From positions 11,560 to 75,559 of the forward strand of contig MU004202.1 of the NCBI GenBank assembly GCA_010093605.1: a stretch of DNA of 64,000 bases. The letters are read 5' to 3'. This document shows, piece by piece, positions 25,818 to 38,328 of the stretch (position 1 is its first letter; every line of letters begins with the position of its first letter). The DNA comes from Lophium mytilinum (lineage: Eukaryota). The translations under genes and the position numbers were made by a program. Under the pieces are notes generated by a model. That model was not told the origin of the DNA. It made no database searches and was given only the letters and a program-made list of their open reading frames with translations.

Positions 25818-27135
25818 ATGGGCTCCATGCCGGAATCTTCGCGCTCTGGCTATCGTCAGCTTGACATCGCCACCATAGGATCGGGGTTGGGAGGGCTTTC
25901 AGCCGCACTCGCACTCCGGCGCGCAGGCCACAGCGTTACTTTATACGAACGCTATGACTTTGCCGGCGAGGTTGGAGCATCTTTGTCCGTTGCCTCAAAT
26001 GGCTCACGATGGTTGCTGAAATGGGGACTGGATGTGGATGCTGTGAAACCAGTCGTACTGCGAAATCTGATTATGCACGAGTGGGAAACTGGAGCAGTGA
26101 AGAAGGAGTATGGATTAGGAGACTATAAAGCACGATTTGGCTCAGTAAGTTGTTTGCTCAGTCTAGGGACCACCACATATGCTAATAGCAACCCAGGAAT
26201 ATTATAACTTCCACCGGATAGACATGCACCAAGCTCTCCTTCATACCGTCCAGCAAGCAGACGGAATTGGTAGTCCATGCCGCGTCTTCACCAAACACAA
26301 GGCTCTGGATGTAGATGCCAAAACGGGCACCATCAAGTTTGAAAACGGCATTACTGTAACCCACGATACTATCATCGCCGCCGACGGAATCCGCTCCCAG
26401 ACCCGCCGCTCAATCGGCATTGAACCCAAGGTCGAGCCGTCAACTTCATGCTGCTACCGCTGCATCATCAGCGCAGACAAGTTGCGAGAACTCGACCTCT
26501 CGGAGTTCATCACCAATGACGCGATCGAGTTCTGGGGCGGTTTCGGTATCGACAAAATCGTGCTCTCCGGCTGCCACAACAACGAAGTCGTAAGCTGCTA
26601 CTGTTTCTATCCCGCTGCACACAACGGCCTTGATAAGGACGGCTGGAACATCGGTGCTACCCCCGATGAGCTCTGCGATACGTTCCAGAATCTCGATCCC
26701 CGCGTACGGAAGCTTTTTAAGAATGCCGACGATATCAAAATGTGGCGGCTTTATATTCACGAGGAGTACCCGTATTGGGTAAAGAACCGCGTCGCGCTAC
26801 TCGGTGATGCCGCGCATCCTATGCTGCCGGATCAGAGCCAAGGGTTCTGCATGGCCATTGAAGATGCGGCTGTCCTTGGTGAGCTGTTTAAAGAGGGGAA
26901 CTTTGACGGAGATGTCGACCAGACGCTGCGGTATTACGAAGAGGTGAGGAAACCTAGAGCGACGAGGGTACAAGATGCCAGTGCGAAGGCGCGGACGAAT
27001 CTAGATGAGCGGATTGGGTGGAGTACGGGGTTAGAGAGGCCGGGTAAGTTGACGATTGAGGAAATTTGTGAGTACGACTTGGCGGGACATGTGAGTAGTG
27101 TTGTTGGGATGGGAGTGAAGCAGCTTTCAGATTAA
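25818..27135 (+). CDS. Salicylate-hydroxylase-like FAD monooxygenase
   Basis: GSGLGG, EVGA, AADG and GDAAHPMLPDQSQGFCMAIED; intron 26145-26196. Confidence 0.92.
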
Positions 27136-27431
27136 GCAGAGAAGAGACATGTTCTATGTAAGTATTAGACAATCAAGCGGAAGTCTACGGTTTTGATTTT
27201 GGATATGCGACATGTCGTCTGGATTTGTCTTAGTCAAAGTAGCTTCTCAAGATGATCTTTCCTCCATCAAGAAAGAACGACATCGGTCGCACTGGCCGCA
27301 TGCTCGCGTCAGCAAAGTCATCGTAGCACAAAATGGGAACCCGTCACCCCGCTCTTTTACCGCCCGTTGCTGCAAAGAACCTTTTGTCAAATATTTGAAG
27401 TAGGTACATTTTCCACAAAGTCTCAGGGAAC

Positions 27432-28676
27432 ATGCTGTTCTCGCAGATTGTAGCGCGTTCGACATTCATTCTAGGACGTGTGTATGAAGCATTAGCGGGA
27501 TCTCCAGATGGCGGTAATATTCCTCCGACACGTGACTACTTCTACGTCGGAGGTCACTATGAGAATATCACTGTAGGTACAATTAAATCACTCGATTCCG
27601 ATATGAATCTCTACTAACACATGCTAGACAGGCAACTCTACAAACCAATACATGATCGGCCATATCTACGTCGAAAGACTCACACCTCCAAAAGTCACCC
27701 AACCATATCCAATCATTTTCGTTGCCGGATCCGGCCAGACAGGTACAGTCCGTCTCACCCTTATTCTACCCTCATATCCCATCCCATTAACGCAAGTCAT
27801 ATATATTAGAACTTCCTCACAACTCCTGACAACCGCCCAGGCTGGTCCACCCACTTCCTCTCACTCGGCTACGTCGTCTACCTCACCGACCAGCCCTCTC
27901 GTGGCCGCTCACCCTGGTATCCCGGAATTGGTTCAATAGCTGCTTTCGACACTCACAAAGTCGAAACGCTGTTTACAGCTCCAGAGGATTACGGCCTCTG
28001 GCCCCAAGCGCACCTGCACACGCAATGGCCTGGCACCGGCCACCCTGGGGATCCCGTCTTTGATGCATTCTACGCTACGCAAGTGCAACTTCAAGCTGAT
28101 AAACTAATCTCGGAAGAGACGAACGCAAAGGCGTATGCGGCGCTGCTTGACCGTATCGGGCCCGCACATCTAATCACGCACAGCCAGGCCGGTGCGTATG
28201 GCTGGCGGATCGGGGACGCACGACCAAATCTCGTGAAGGCGATTGTAGCGCTCGAGCCTTCTGGACCGCCCTTCGAGAACGCGTTTCCATTCGAAGGGCG
28301 GGAGAGGACGTGGGGGATCACAGACCTGGAGGTCACGTACGAACCAACCGCTGGCCCCAACGCTACCGATCTGTACACCGTAACAATAGCAGCGAAAGAT
28401 GAAGAGCACACGAGTTGTATTCTGCAAGCTGAACCGGCGAAGAGGTTGAAGAATCTAAGTAGGGTGAAGGTGCTTGTAGTCACGGCGGAGGCGAGTTTTC
28501 ACCAACCTTATGATTATTGCACTGTGCTGTATTTAAGGCAGGCGGGGGTTGAGGTTGAGTTTTTGGATCTTGGGGAGGTGGGTGTGAGAGGGAATGGGCA
28601 TATGATGTTTATGGAGTTGAATGGGGAACAGATTGCGGATCAGGTTGGGGCGTGGTTCGAGAGGCAGAAAGCTTAG
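27432..28676 (+). CDS. Alpha/beta hydrolase (THSQAG type), possibly secreted
   Basis: RDYFYVGG, GQTG, HTQWPG, THSQAG nucleophile elbow, ALEPSGPPF and GNGH; two short introns (~27573-27630, ~27742-27809). Confidence 0.85.
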
Positions 28677-29145
28677 GGGAAAGAGGCTGGTATAAGGGTA
28701 GGGCTGGTGAGAAGATCGCTTAGTGCTCCTAAAAGCTCTCGGTGTGATTTACATCTATTCTTCTCTATCGCTCTTAGGTTTCCTTAGAAAAAATAATTCG
28801 ACTCTTCGCTAGGCTTTGGTCAAGCTCATTCTTCTGAACCCTTCCAAATCCTTTTACACGTCCCTCGTTAAATTCTTCATACTGGTAATTTCAATGTGAA
28901 GTGACGAGTAAAGATCGCCATTTGTATGCCATACAATCATTATATCTTGCATAAGCTTCTTGTAAGTATCACATATACTTAAGCTCCTTGGCAAATTAGT
29001 AAGCAACACTAACCTAGGGTGATTGACACGTGTGGGTGGTAGAATTAGAGTTCCAGCACGGAGTCACTCGCAACATCACAGTATATGACTAACAATAATT
29101 GATTTTACCACCTCCGCTCTGTTTACGTACAACATCATCGATCAA

Positions 29146-31418
29146 CTACGCTCTCGGCTTGAAGTCAACTTTAACGCCCGGACGCGGCAGCGTTAGTGTC
29201 CTCCAGTCCAATGTATGCTTGCCAGTCTTCTGTACCATCTCCGGCTCGTAGTTCTCTAAGATGTGCACCATGATATGCTTCATAACGTAAGACACGAAAT
29301 AGCGACCCGGGCTGTTCTATCTGTTAGCTTGTTGATCTCACACTTATCGAGACGAGAAGAAGATCATAAGTCTAGGCACACGAATCATCACTGCTTGGCT
29401 AGAGGCTTGCTCGCTCGCCGCCATCGTATGGGGTAGCCTGGCTGTTCCGCTGCCAGCCAGTCAAAGGACAGTCTAATTTGCACTGCTTGAGATTCGACAT
29501 CGTCCTTGGATCTGGAAATCCAGTGGGTGTCTTCAAAGCGGTGGCGAACGCGTGTGCATAAAATTATGACCTGTCACTGTAGGTACGTACCAGGTAATCC
29601 TCCCGGTGCCCCAAACCTGCCAAGTATCGGAGATATCCGTGAACTTGGAGGGACCCTCTGGCTGTATTGATGGGGCTCCGCCTACGAGCTCGGGCGAGGC
29701 GAAACGAAAGCCGTTGAAAGTGTCGGGCTGTGGATAATAGGAGGCGTCGCGGAGCATCGGGCCAACTGGTATACAAATCCAGTTGCCCTTCTCGACGTGC
29801 GTTCCATTCGAGAATGTGAAGTCTTTTAGAGCACAGCGGCGCGTTGTGACTGGTGGGCGTTAGCTATCTCTGTATGGTTACGCATGGCAGGGGAGATATA
29901 CCTGACTCGACAGGGGTCCATCGTGACGATTCTTTGAGGAAGCTGTCCATGAGTGGCAGACCTTCTCCCTTTACGAAGAATTCGCCACCAGCTGGGCTTT
30001 CCATCTCTTCTCGTAGCGGTTGTATGTATTCTGGGTGAGTGGAGAGGTTGAAGAGTGCGAAGGTGAGGGTCTAGTATTCTTCATTAGCTTTGAGATGATG
30101 ATGAAGAGATAATGCCGTACAGTAGCTAGCCCTTGGACTGAACCAAACCAGATTGCCATTACCTCGAAAGCCATCCTTCCTGGTGACCATGGATTCGACT
30201 TCGGAGAGGTATCGATGATCCATTGAATAACATCGTTCTTTATCTTGAAGTCAGTAACTTCATACTTCAATCTATCAATACCAGAACACATACATATTTC
30301 TTGTCTGGGCTTGGCGCGTTTACTCTCTCTTCGATCATTTCAACGAGGCCATTGTAGAAAGTTCGCTGTCTTCCAAGAAAAAGCGGTAGAACTTTTCCAA
30401 CGACACTAGGGATGAATTCAGTGCCCATTCACATTATGTTGTTCCAAATTTCTTACGGTACAAGGAACTGAGGGATCAGCCGTAACACTTCGGCGCCGTA
30501 TAGGACGTCTTCATTATAGTAATATGCTGCATCCATGAACGCATCGTCTTCCACTATAGCATTCCGTTAGCAATGACCGTAGAGAGACCAGGATGTGGAG
30601 GAGGTTACTCCGATCCCGTCCAAAGAAAGCAAGTCCGCTGATTTTTGTCACAACCTTCTTTACTAGGCTCAACGCTATCAGTGTGTCAGTTATAACCCTC
30701 TTGATCAGGCAGGCAGATATTACCATTGATACTCCCTCCTCTCCCAACCTCGTCTGCGAAGGTTCGTTCGATGATCACTCGAGTGCCAGGAGTTAGCTGT
30801 GGTAGATGTTGTGTCAAGAGCGTTCGTAGGGTGCGAACGAAGCCGATGCCTTCGATGCCCCTCTGGTCATGCCAGTTGAAGCCGTTCATGGTATATTCAG
30901 GTTGCAGGATCTTACAGATTAGCGTTGGAAAATCCAAGATGCTTTCCCATTCTCACCTCCTTTGCAGCTGCGTGAAGAGATAGTTGATCGTTAGTAGCAA
31001 GTGCGATGTCCCTGACATCTTTCGGAGAGGACACGATGGTCATGAGGCTTTCTGGCGACAGAACTTGGAAAGCCTTCCCTTTGGCCTACGGATCTCGTCA
31101 ATTGATCCTTTCACGAAGAGAAAGCTCACTCGTTGATAACTAACCTGTGAATACGCATCTTGAATGACGCCTTTCGCCGTTATAGGATATGTGTTGAGTG
31201 CTACTCTATCCTGTATGTTTTTTTTGGCGACTCGCGCAAGTGCCGCTAAGGATGACAATGGGGATTTCTAGGCACTATCAATATACCGCTGCAGTGGATA
31301 AAGATGCATGAGCACGGACCGAGTGAGCGAGCCATAGCAGAAAAGCTCCGCAGGCCAAGACGGCAGAGCGGGAGCCAAGAACGACGGCATCAAGCGAAGT
31401 AAGACTGTACAGAAGCAT
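29146..31418 (-). CDS. Cytochrome P450 (ent-kaurene-oxidase-like fungal clan), multi-exon
   Basis: N-terminal TM MLLYSLTSLDAVVLGSRSAVLACGAFLLWLA, IWFGSVQ, KESSR (ExxR), FNGFRF; heme motif WGTGRIT-C-PGRYF whose Cys codon is split by intron 29312-29590. Confidence 0.88.
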
Positions 31419-32354
31419 TTTGAGAAAAGAGTGATTGGATTGATGAGTTTGGTAGTCAGAAAAGGCCTCAAGACCAAGACGTTAAGGTGTATATATGCAC
31501 TTGGCAGCGGCGAGTGTGGCATGATAGCCCCCATCGTGCGTATCATACTGAAAACCTAGCAAAACATATCACATCTCGGTGTTTGCCGCGCTGAGAATAT
31601 TTCGATTCAGACAGAGTCAAGGCCGTCTGGCTCATGGTCGTAGTCCGATGAAAGCGGCAGGCCGTTAATCGACATTATGGTTTCCTATTCGAAAAGCCGA
31701 AACGGCTGGCGTACGGACAAATTCGTAGTTTATCGGCGGTTCCATCGCAACGTCCAATCCAAATCGTGACAAGCACGCCGTTAGGACGCATCACATCAAG
31801 CCGTTAGAGGTTGGATCAGGGAAACCAGTCCAGTACATATCGGCAGGGGCGAGGACTAGCAGTCCTGGCGGAGTCCGGATTTCGTGCATATCCTGAGCAA
31901 CTTGGGACAGTGGGTGGGCCTACATCGCGGCCCCCGAACATTTCTGACACTACTGCAGCTGCCGCAGAAGCTTGTTCTTGAGTTTATGAGGGGCTGACGC
32001 AGTGCTCGGCACATATTGGAGTATGCTGAGAAGTGCTGACCCTCAATCCCGCACCCCCGCGCTAGACCATCACCCCGGCGATCTCCCAGCCATGCTACAT
32101 ATTAAGCTGCATATGACCTGATGCTTGTTAAGTCCTTCAATCTAGTCCTAATCAAGTGCCATCTCGGCCTTCTACATTTAACATATGTGCCGTCCGCTGC
32201 ACTTCTGTCACGAAACACAAATGTAAGGCTGGATTACCTTCTCTGTCCTATACACCCTCGAAGTCCGCTGCAGGGCTGTATCTCTCTAATTCTTAATTCT
32301 ATTTCCCGTGCTCTACTCACTCGACCAATTTCTGTGATCATTCGAAACTTTGAG

Positions 32355-33760
32355 ATGGATCAAATACCACCAGGCACAGATCTATCAAAAGTTCCCCTCG
32401 GTGTGAATCCCAGCGGAGCTCCACCAAATTTCGTGAATCCACCAACTCTTGTTCACTCAGTACAAGCAATTGGTGTGGTTCTTGCGATTATATCTTTGTT
32501 CCTCGTTTGTGTGCGGTTGGGAGTCTATCGAACCATCAGCCGTGGTATTTTGTTGGACGATGGTAGGAACTTCCAAGAGACTAGCAAGTACTTGAAGTTG
32601 ACCCAGCTCTAGCATCAATCATTATCGCTTTCGTCTTTGCCATCACATATACAGTTATAGTATCGACTTTGGACAAGGCTTCGCATCATGCTTGGGATAC
32701 CCCTATGAGCCTCTTTGACGATGCAGACTATCTAAAGGTAAAAGGTCTACCTTTTCAAACCTGACTGGCATGACTAACAGACATAGAAACTATTCGTTAC
32801 AAGCTTGATCTACGGGCCTATGCTATTCTTTGCGAAGACCTCTATCTTACTGTTGTATCACCGCGCATTCCATCCAAAGAAATGGCTGCGGTTCGGCGTT
32901 TACATAACGATAGCCATTCTATTCGGCTCCTACTTCATGACTGGTAAGTCTGAATTTTCAATCATGAACTCAATCAGTACACTGACTTGAGATAGTACCT
33001 ATGGCTTTCTATTGGTGCATGCCTCACAATGCGCCGTGGAATATGGCAGTGCTAGGCACATGTAACATGATGGCGACGCCTGGCCTTGTCCAAGGCTCTA
33101 TCAATATCGCCGCTGACATAACCATCTTCCTTCTCCCGCTTCCAGTCATCATGAGACTTCAAATCCCGACAAGCAAGAAGATTGCGTTGTCCGCAATCTT
33201 CGCTACCGGACTTCTGTAAGTTCGTACAATGCAATTCGTGAGATACCCACTGATATATCAACAGCGCTCTCGTCGCCAGCATTCTGACGATGTATTATCG
33301 CGTTCTCATCATCCGCGGAGTAGACTCCTCCTGGGCCGGCGCTCAAACATACATTTGCATCCAAGCCGAAATCTACGCTGCCATCTGCGTCGCCTGCATG
33401 CCCTCGATGGCGCGCGTCTGGAAGATCAAGTATAAGGAAACCAAGTTCTACGCCTCCATTCAGTCTCTACTCCACACAATGAGAGGGACCACCTCCAAAG
33501 GGACCCAGAAGTCCGAGCAAAGTACCACCGCTATTTCAAGTCCGCGTAGGCACTCTCACTCCTCAATCGATTCCCTCACTGCGTATGAGAAGGAGCCAGA
33601 CGAAGAGTCCAAAGTCGGCGGCTCAATGGAGGATCTTCGGGTTTCCGAAGAAGACTCTGAAGTGCAGCATCGAGGCGGTTCAGGGATCTTCAGAACGTTG
33701 GAGGTAGATGTTACGTCTGAGAAGGGCCCAACACGAACTGATGCACCGCGTGCTTTTTAG
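32355..33760 (+). CDS. PTH11-like/rhodopsin-domain integral membrane protein (SAT4-like, no CFEM)
   Basis: PSGAPPNFVNPP, LLDD, AKTSILLLY.R.F, DITIFLLPLP and EIYAAICVACMP motifs; four short introns. Confidence 0.88.
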
Positions 33761-34775
33761 CTTTATACCATGGGTGGCTTTCTTTTATTGGCGGCGTTCG
33801 TACGCGGCATGGAGTTCGAAACTGTGACTTTTTGTCACTATCATCTGTATGCATGCTATAGGCAATCTATCAATGCTCTTTGGATCTGCTATTCCTTTCC
33901 ATAGAATATCACGTGACCTCCACCTATTCTACAAGTCCACCGCGTCATAATAACTCCAAGCCATTCCAGAGCTTGATAGCGTTCCTTTTCTCCCTCGCCG
34001 GAAACGTAATAGAATCCCCACGGTAGTAAATTACAATCTCAAACACACCAGCATGGTCTTCCACATCTAGCGTTGCGAAGTCCGAGATCTGCACCCCTGT
34101 ACCCCGGATCGGGTCTCCCCGCATGAGACCCTCAAAATCCCCACCACGGACTTTGAACCAGAATGACGGTGGAACCTGCATGACCAGATAGTGGTCCCAA
34201 GATCGTCAAGACGTGGTTCGATGCGGGGAAGTGACTGCACCACGTGTCGCGTCCCAGGGCTATTCATGATTTCTCAACACCACGCCGGAAGATACCGAGC
34301 GTGGGACCTGTGCGGTGACGTCGGAATACATGGTATGGATTTGAAGTCCGTGGCGTGCGCTCTTCGTTGAAATGTTGACTAGGGAAGGGACGCGTCAGAT
34401 ATACGCCGGTGGTAGGTAGGAAGTACACTACGAACAGATGCCAGCGGCCTCAGAGAACGGTGATTATGTGGGTATGTACCAAATCACACGTTGTCTGCAT
34501 TGTAGTTTTGACCATGGATGCGTACGGCGTATTCAATGCGCACGGCGTATTCAATACGACAAATGTTGCACAGGGTGCCTAATTGTGGTGCTTCGCACGG
34601 CACGGATGAGGCACAGTCAACGCTCAAGCTTCCTTCATGTATTTCCTGGGATGAGCTTCAAGTCTCGGTTCTGCGGTTCTTAAGTCCGGTGGATACTAAC
34701 TAGAGGACATCCTTTAGAGCTCCGTTTGCACTCTTACTCGCCATTTTATTCTATCCATCATTCTCTTCACGCGCA

Positions 34776-36320
34776 ATGACTTCAACGCTATCTACAACGT
34801 TGACCTCCGTCCTCTCGGAGAAGGTTCTCGTTCCTGGAACCGAGGACTACGACACGGCGAATAACTCCTACTTTACCGCATTTGAGAACGAGATCAAACC
34901 TTCTTACATCGCGAAGCCGACGAGCGTTGAGGAAGTCAGCAAGTTAGTTGCAGCACTTCATCCTCATCTTGCAAGTGGGGAGGCCCAACTTGCAGTTCGA
35001 GGTACCGGTCACACGCCATTTGGTGGCAGCGCAAACATCAAGGATGGCATAACAGTTGACTTGCGCGCCCTCAAAGGCGTCCAATTGAGCGAGGACAAGG
35101 CGACTGTTGACATTGGGTGCGGGGAGACGTGGACGTCGGTGTACTCGGAGCTGGAGAAGCATGGGCTTACCACGGCTGGTGGGCGGGTAGGGAGAGTAGG
35201 CGTTACAGGGTTGGTTCTTGGAGGTTAGTTGCTTCCCTGGTGTACTTGTGCTATGGATGGAGTTGCTGATTCACGAAGGTGGTCTTTCTCTATATTCCAC
35301 CCGCCGCGGATTCGCTTGCGACTCAGTCACCGAATTCTCCGTTGTTCTAGCATCCGGAATAGTTGTAAAGGCCAGCGCTAAAGAGAACTCTGACCTCTGG
35401 ATTGCTCTTAAGGGAGGCTTGAACAACTTCGGCATCGTAACCTCATTCAAAATGAAGACATTTGAGACAGGGCCTGTCTGGGGTGGCGTTACGTACTACC
35501 TCCAAGGTACCTGCACGCAACTGATAGAAGCCGTTTGCGATTTCGCTCTGAATGAGAAGGATGAGGATACGCACATCATGTGCGGTGCCGGATACGGCTT
35601 CGGTCACCAAGTCACGACGTGTGTTATGTATCAGACAAAAGGAGTAGAAGATGCGCCCAGTCTGAAGCGGTTTACAACGATACAGCCGCAGATTGAGCAG
35701 ATGAAGACAATGAGGACGGGGACGCATTTGGGGTTTTGTGATGAGCTCTCGGCGTTTTCGACGGATGGGACGAGGTAAGATACCACATTCTGTCCTGAAT
35801 TCAGATGAAGGGCTAATCTGGAGATAGGCAACTATATCTCACATGCACTATCAAGCCAGATGTATCACTAATGGAAGCGTTCCATGACAAATGGCAGGAA
35901 ACTCTCGCTACCCTCAAGGATTCGGAAGGCTTCATCTTCTCCTTCAACTTCCAACCACTCACAGAAGCGCTGCTGCAAAACTCAGCAAATGCAGGCGGCA
36001 ATTCAATGAACATCTCACCAGATGACGGTCCACTACTCGTCGTTCTCCTAAACCCGGTCTGGAACTTGGCTGCTGATGATGAGCGGATCATCTCCGGGGT
36101 GTCGAGTCTTTTGGCGACATTCAAGAACCTAGCGAGTGAAAAGGGGATGTTGCATCGATATATCTTCATCAATTATGCCTACGAGAAAGAGGACGTGTTC
36201 AAGGGGTTTGGCGACGAGAGTCAAAGGAGATTGAAGGCGGCGAGCGAGAAGTGGGATCCGGAGGGGATCTTTCAAAAGGCTGTACCGGGTGGTTTCAAGG
36301 TTTCGAGTACTTGGGATTGA
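34776..36320 (+). CDS. FAD-linked oxidoreductase (FAD_binding_4 / BBE-like)
   Basis: VRGTGH, GGRVGRVGVTGLVLGG|G, LKGGLNNFGIVT and FINYA...KWDPEGIFQ; introns ~35224-35278 and ~35775-35828. Confidence 0.92.
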
Positions 36321-37434
36321 GGGTTATTCTTGCTCCAAATGCATGAATTCTATGAGTTCTAATTCCCATGATAGCCAATCAAGCATAATGCTACTTGTTG
36401 ACGATGTGCTTCCCACCCGAATACTATTACAGGGTTTCGAATACCATGGCTTGAGGGCTTCTGATTTAAGATATGCGGTACATCTCCTAGCATCTTGCTC
36501 GAAAGTCTAGATGATCGCGACTTGATCTCGTAACATTTTAAGGGAGTAGTACAATGATCTGACGTCACCTCATTTGGACATCCTACAATCAACACCTTAT
36601 CTAGACCACAACTTCTCTCTCCTTACTTCTCGGCGCATAACCACCATCCCAGCTGAAGCTAACTCGCGCGCGAAAACCCTAACCATCTCATCGGAGATCA
36701 ATGCATTCGGCGCTAGAGTACCTCACGCTCTACACAGTGTAGAGATCAGCACGGACTTCGCGCCCAGACAATTGTCAATGCTTGTTTCGGCCTTCGGATT
36801 CAAATCCCTGGGGAGATCGGAATGAAAGTTCCAGATAGTGCCAGGGGGGCAAATCCCTGAAATACACCTCTACGTGAAGACCGCGCGGAAGTCCCATGCT
36901 ATGCAAATGCGACGGAAGACGCCGACTTACGGTTCAGCATCCTAGACAAGTATATGACCCCATGGATCAAGCCGTCCGAGATGGTGTTCAGCGTGGGTGG
37001 TGCTGTTATCGCAATTTCAAGGGAGGGTGGGTTGTGCGCTGGTAAGGATGGTAAATGTTTCGCGGTGCGTAGTCCGGGTGAGCATTGATCTTCTTTGGAA
37101 TCTCAGACAGTTTTCTTTTGGAATCTCCAAAACTGTACGCCAACCGTTGTAGCCAGTAAGTTAGAGAGCGGTCTGATTTGTGCTGCTTCAAAAGTTGACA
37201 TCGCGTGTAGACTTTCAAAACTTATGGGGGTACCCCAAGCAGTAGTAGTCTAAACGAATGTGCACAGACTTATGGCCGGTCTCTGGATATCTCTTTACAT
37301 ATTTTATTAACAAAGGCTCGACTCTACTACAATGCAATACAAAACCTACACTGTCATTGCCGCTAAACAAAAGACTGCATATCATGAAATGACTCAAGAA
37401 GGCCGCGTAAATTTCCAAACCCAACGATTGGTTG

Positions 37435-38328
37435 CTATTTGATGGCATATGAGCTCTCGTCATCTGATTCATCATTTTCCTCAGTCTCGTCATCAGCACT
37501 CTCGTCATATGAGTTCTCTTCATCCGACTTCTCACGATCTGAATGCTCTTCATGCGACTTCTCCTCATCTGAATCTTCATCTTCTTGAATTCTATCGTCG
37601 TCGATTTCGTCTGCCTGGATTCTATCCTCTTGGTATTGATATCCGAACCTATCGTCCTCATGCTCCTCCCAAATGATGTCTTCGTCTCCGCTCGAACCTC
37701 TAGACTCAGCGATAGCATCTTCGTCATCCTCAAGTCTTTTCCAAACAAAGTGCTTGCACTCTTCTCCATGGTGCTCCTCTATATGAGGTTGCTCTGTATG
37801 AGGTTTCTCTGTACGAGGCTCTTCCATACGAGGTTCCTCTATACGATCGTCATCTGTTCCCCTAGTCTCTTCTATCATATCATGATAGTCAGAATTGCGA
37901 GTGACGTTGGATTTTCGCGCTTCGCCTTGGCTATTGCAACCTCTCCTCCACAAGCTGCCATTCTTTTCTCGGAAATGATCAGATCTCTCATTCTCTTCCG
38001 AACTTCCCGCTTCGATTCCTTCATCGTCCGCGGAGGCCTTGTTGTCTAGCTCGCCGAAATACTGAACAACATTGGAGAAAGAGACTCTGGTTCTGGTGCT
38101 CTTGTGCCGGAGAGTCGGACGTATATGGTCGTTGTGGCTGCGGAGCTCCTTGGAAGCTTTCACGGTCCTAGAGCTTCTACCACTTTCCTCTAGTCTCCTA
38201 GCACCCTCTTCCAGAGGCTTATACGCGTGGCGCTCGTCTCTGCGACTAAGATGCTTCTCTTCGCGATCGTATCCATCGGCCCTGGTCGGTTTGTGGCGTG
38301 AGCGACTGCTGACGGCGGGCATAATCAT
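37435..38328 (-). CDS. Hypothetical low-complexity protein with acidic C-terminus
   Basis: 297-aa ATG-initiated ORF with EEPR/EQPH pentapeptide repeats and a D/E-rich tail; no family recognised. Confidence 0.5.
   Translation of the reverse strand: MIMPAVSSRSRHKPTRADGYDREEKHLSRRDERHAYKPLEEGARRLEESGRSSRTVKASKELRSHNDHIRPTLRHKSTRTRVSFSNVVQYFGELDNKASADDEGIEAGSSEENERSDHFREKNGSLWRRGCNSQGEARKSNVTRNSDYHDMIEETRGTDDDRIEEPRMEEPRTEKPHTEQPHIEEHHGEECKHFVWKRLEDDEDAIAESRGSSGDEDIIWEEHEDDRFGYQYQEDRIQADEIDDDRIQEDEDSDEEKSHEEHSDREKSDEENSYDESADDETEENDESDDESSYAIK

Noticed and set aside
36675..36684. AACCCTAACC resembling a telomerase RNA template
   Set aside because: Single 10-mer; no pseudoknot or CR4/5-like element recognised; compatible with chance.
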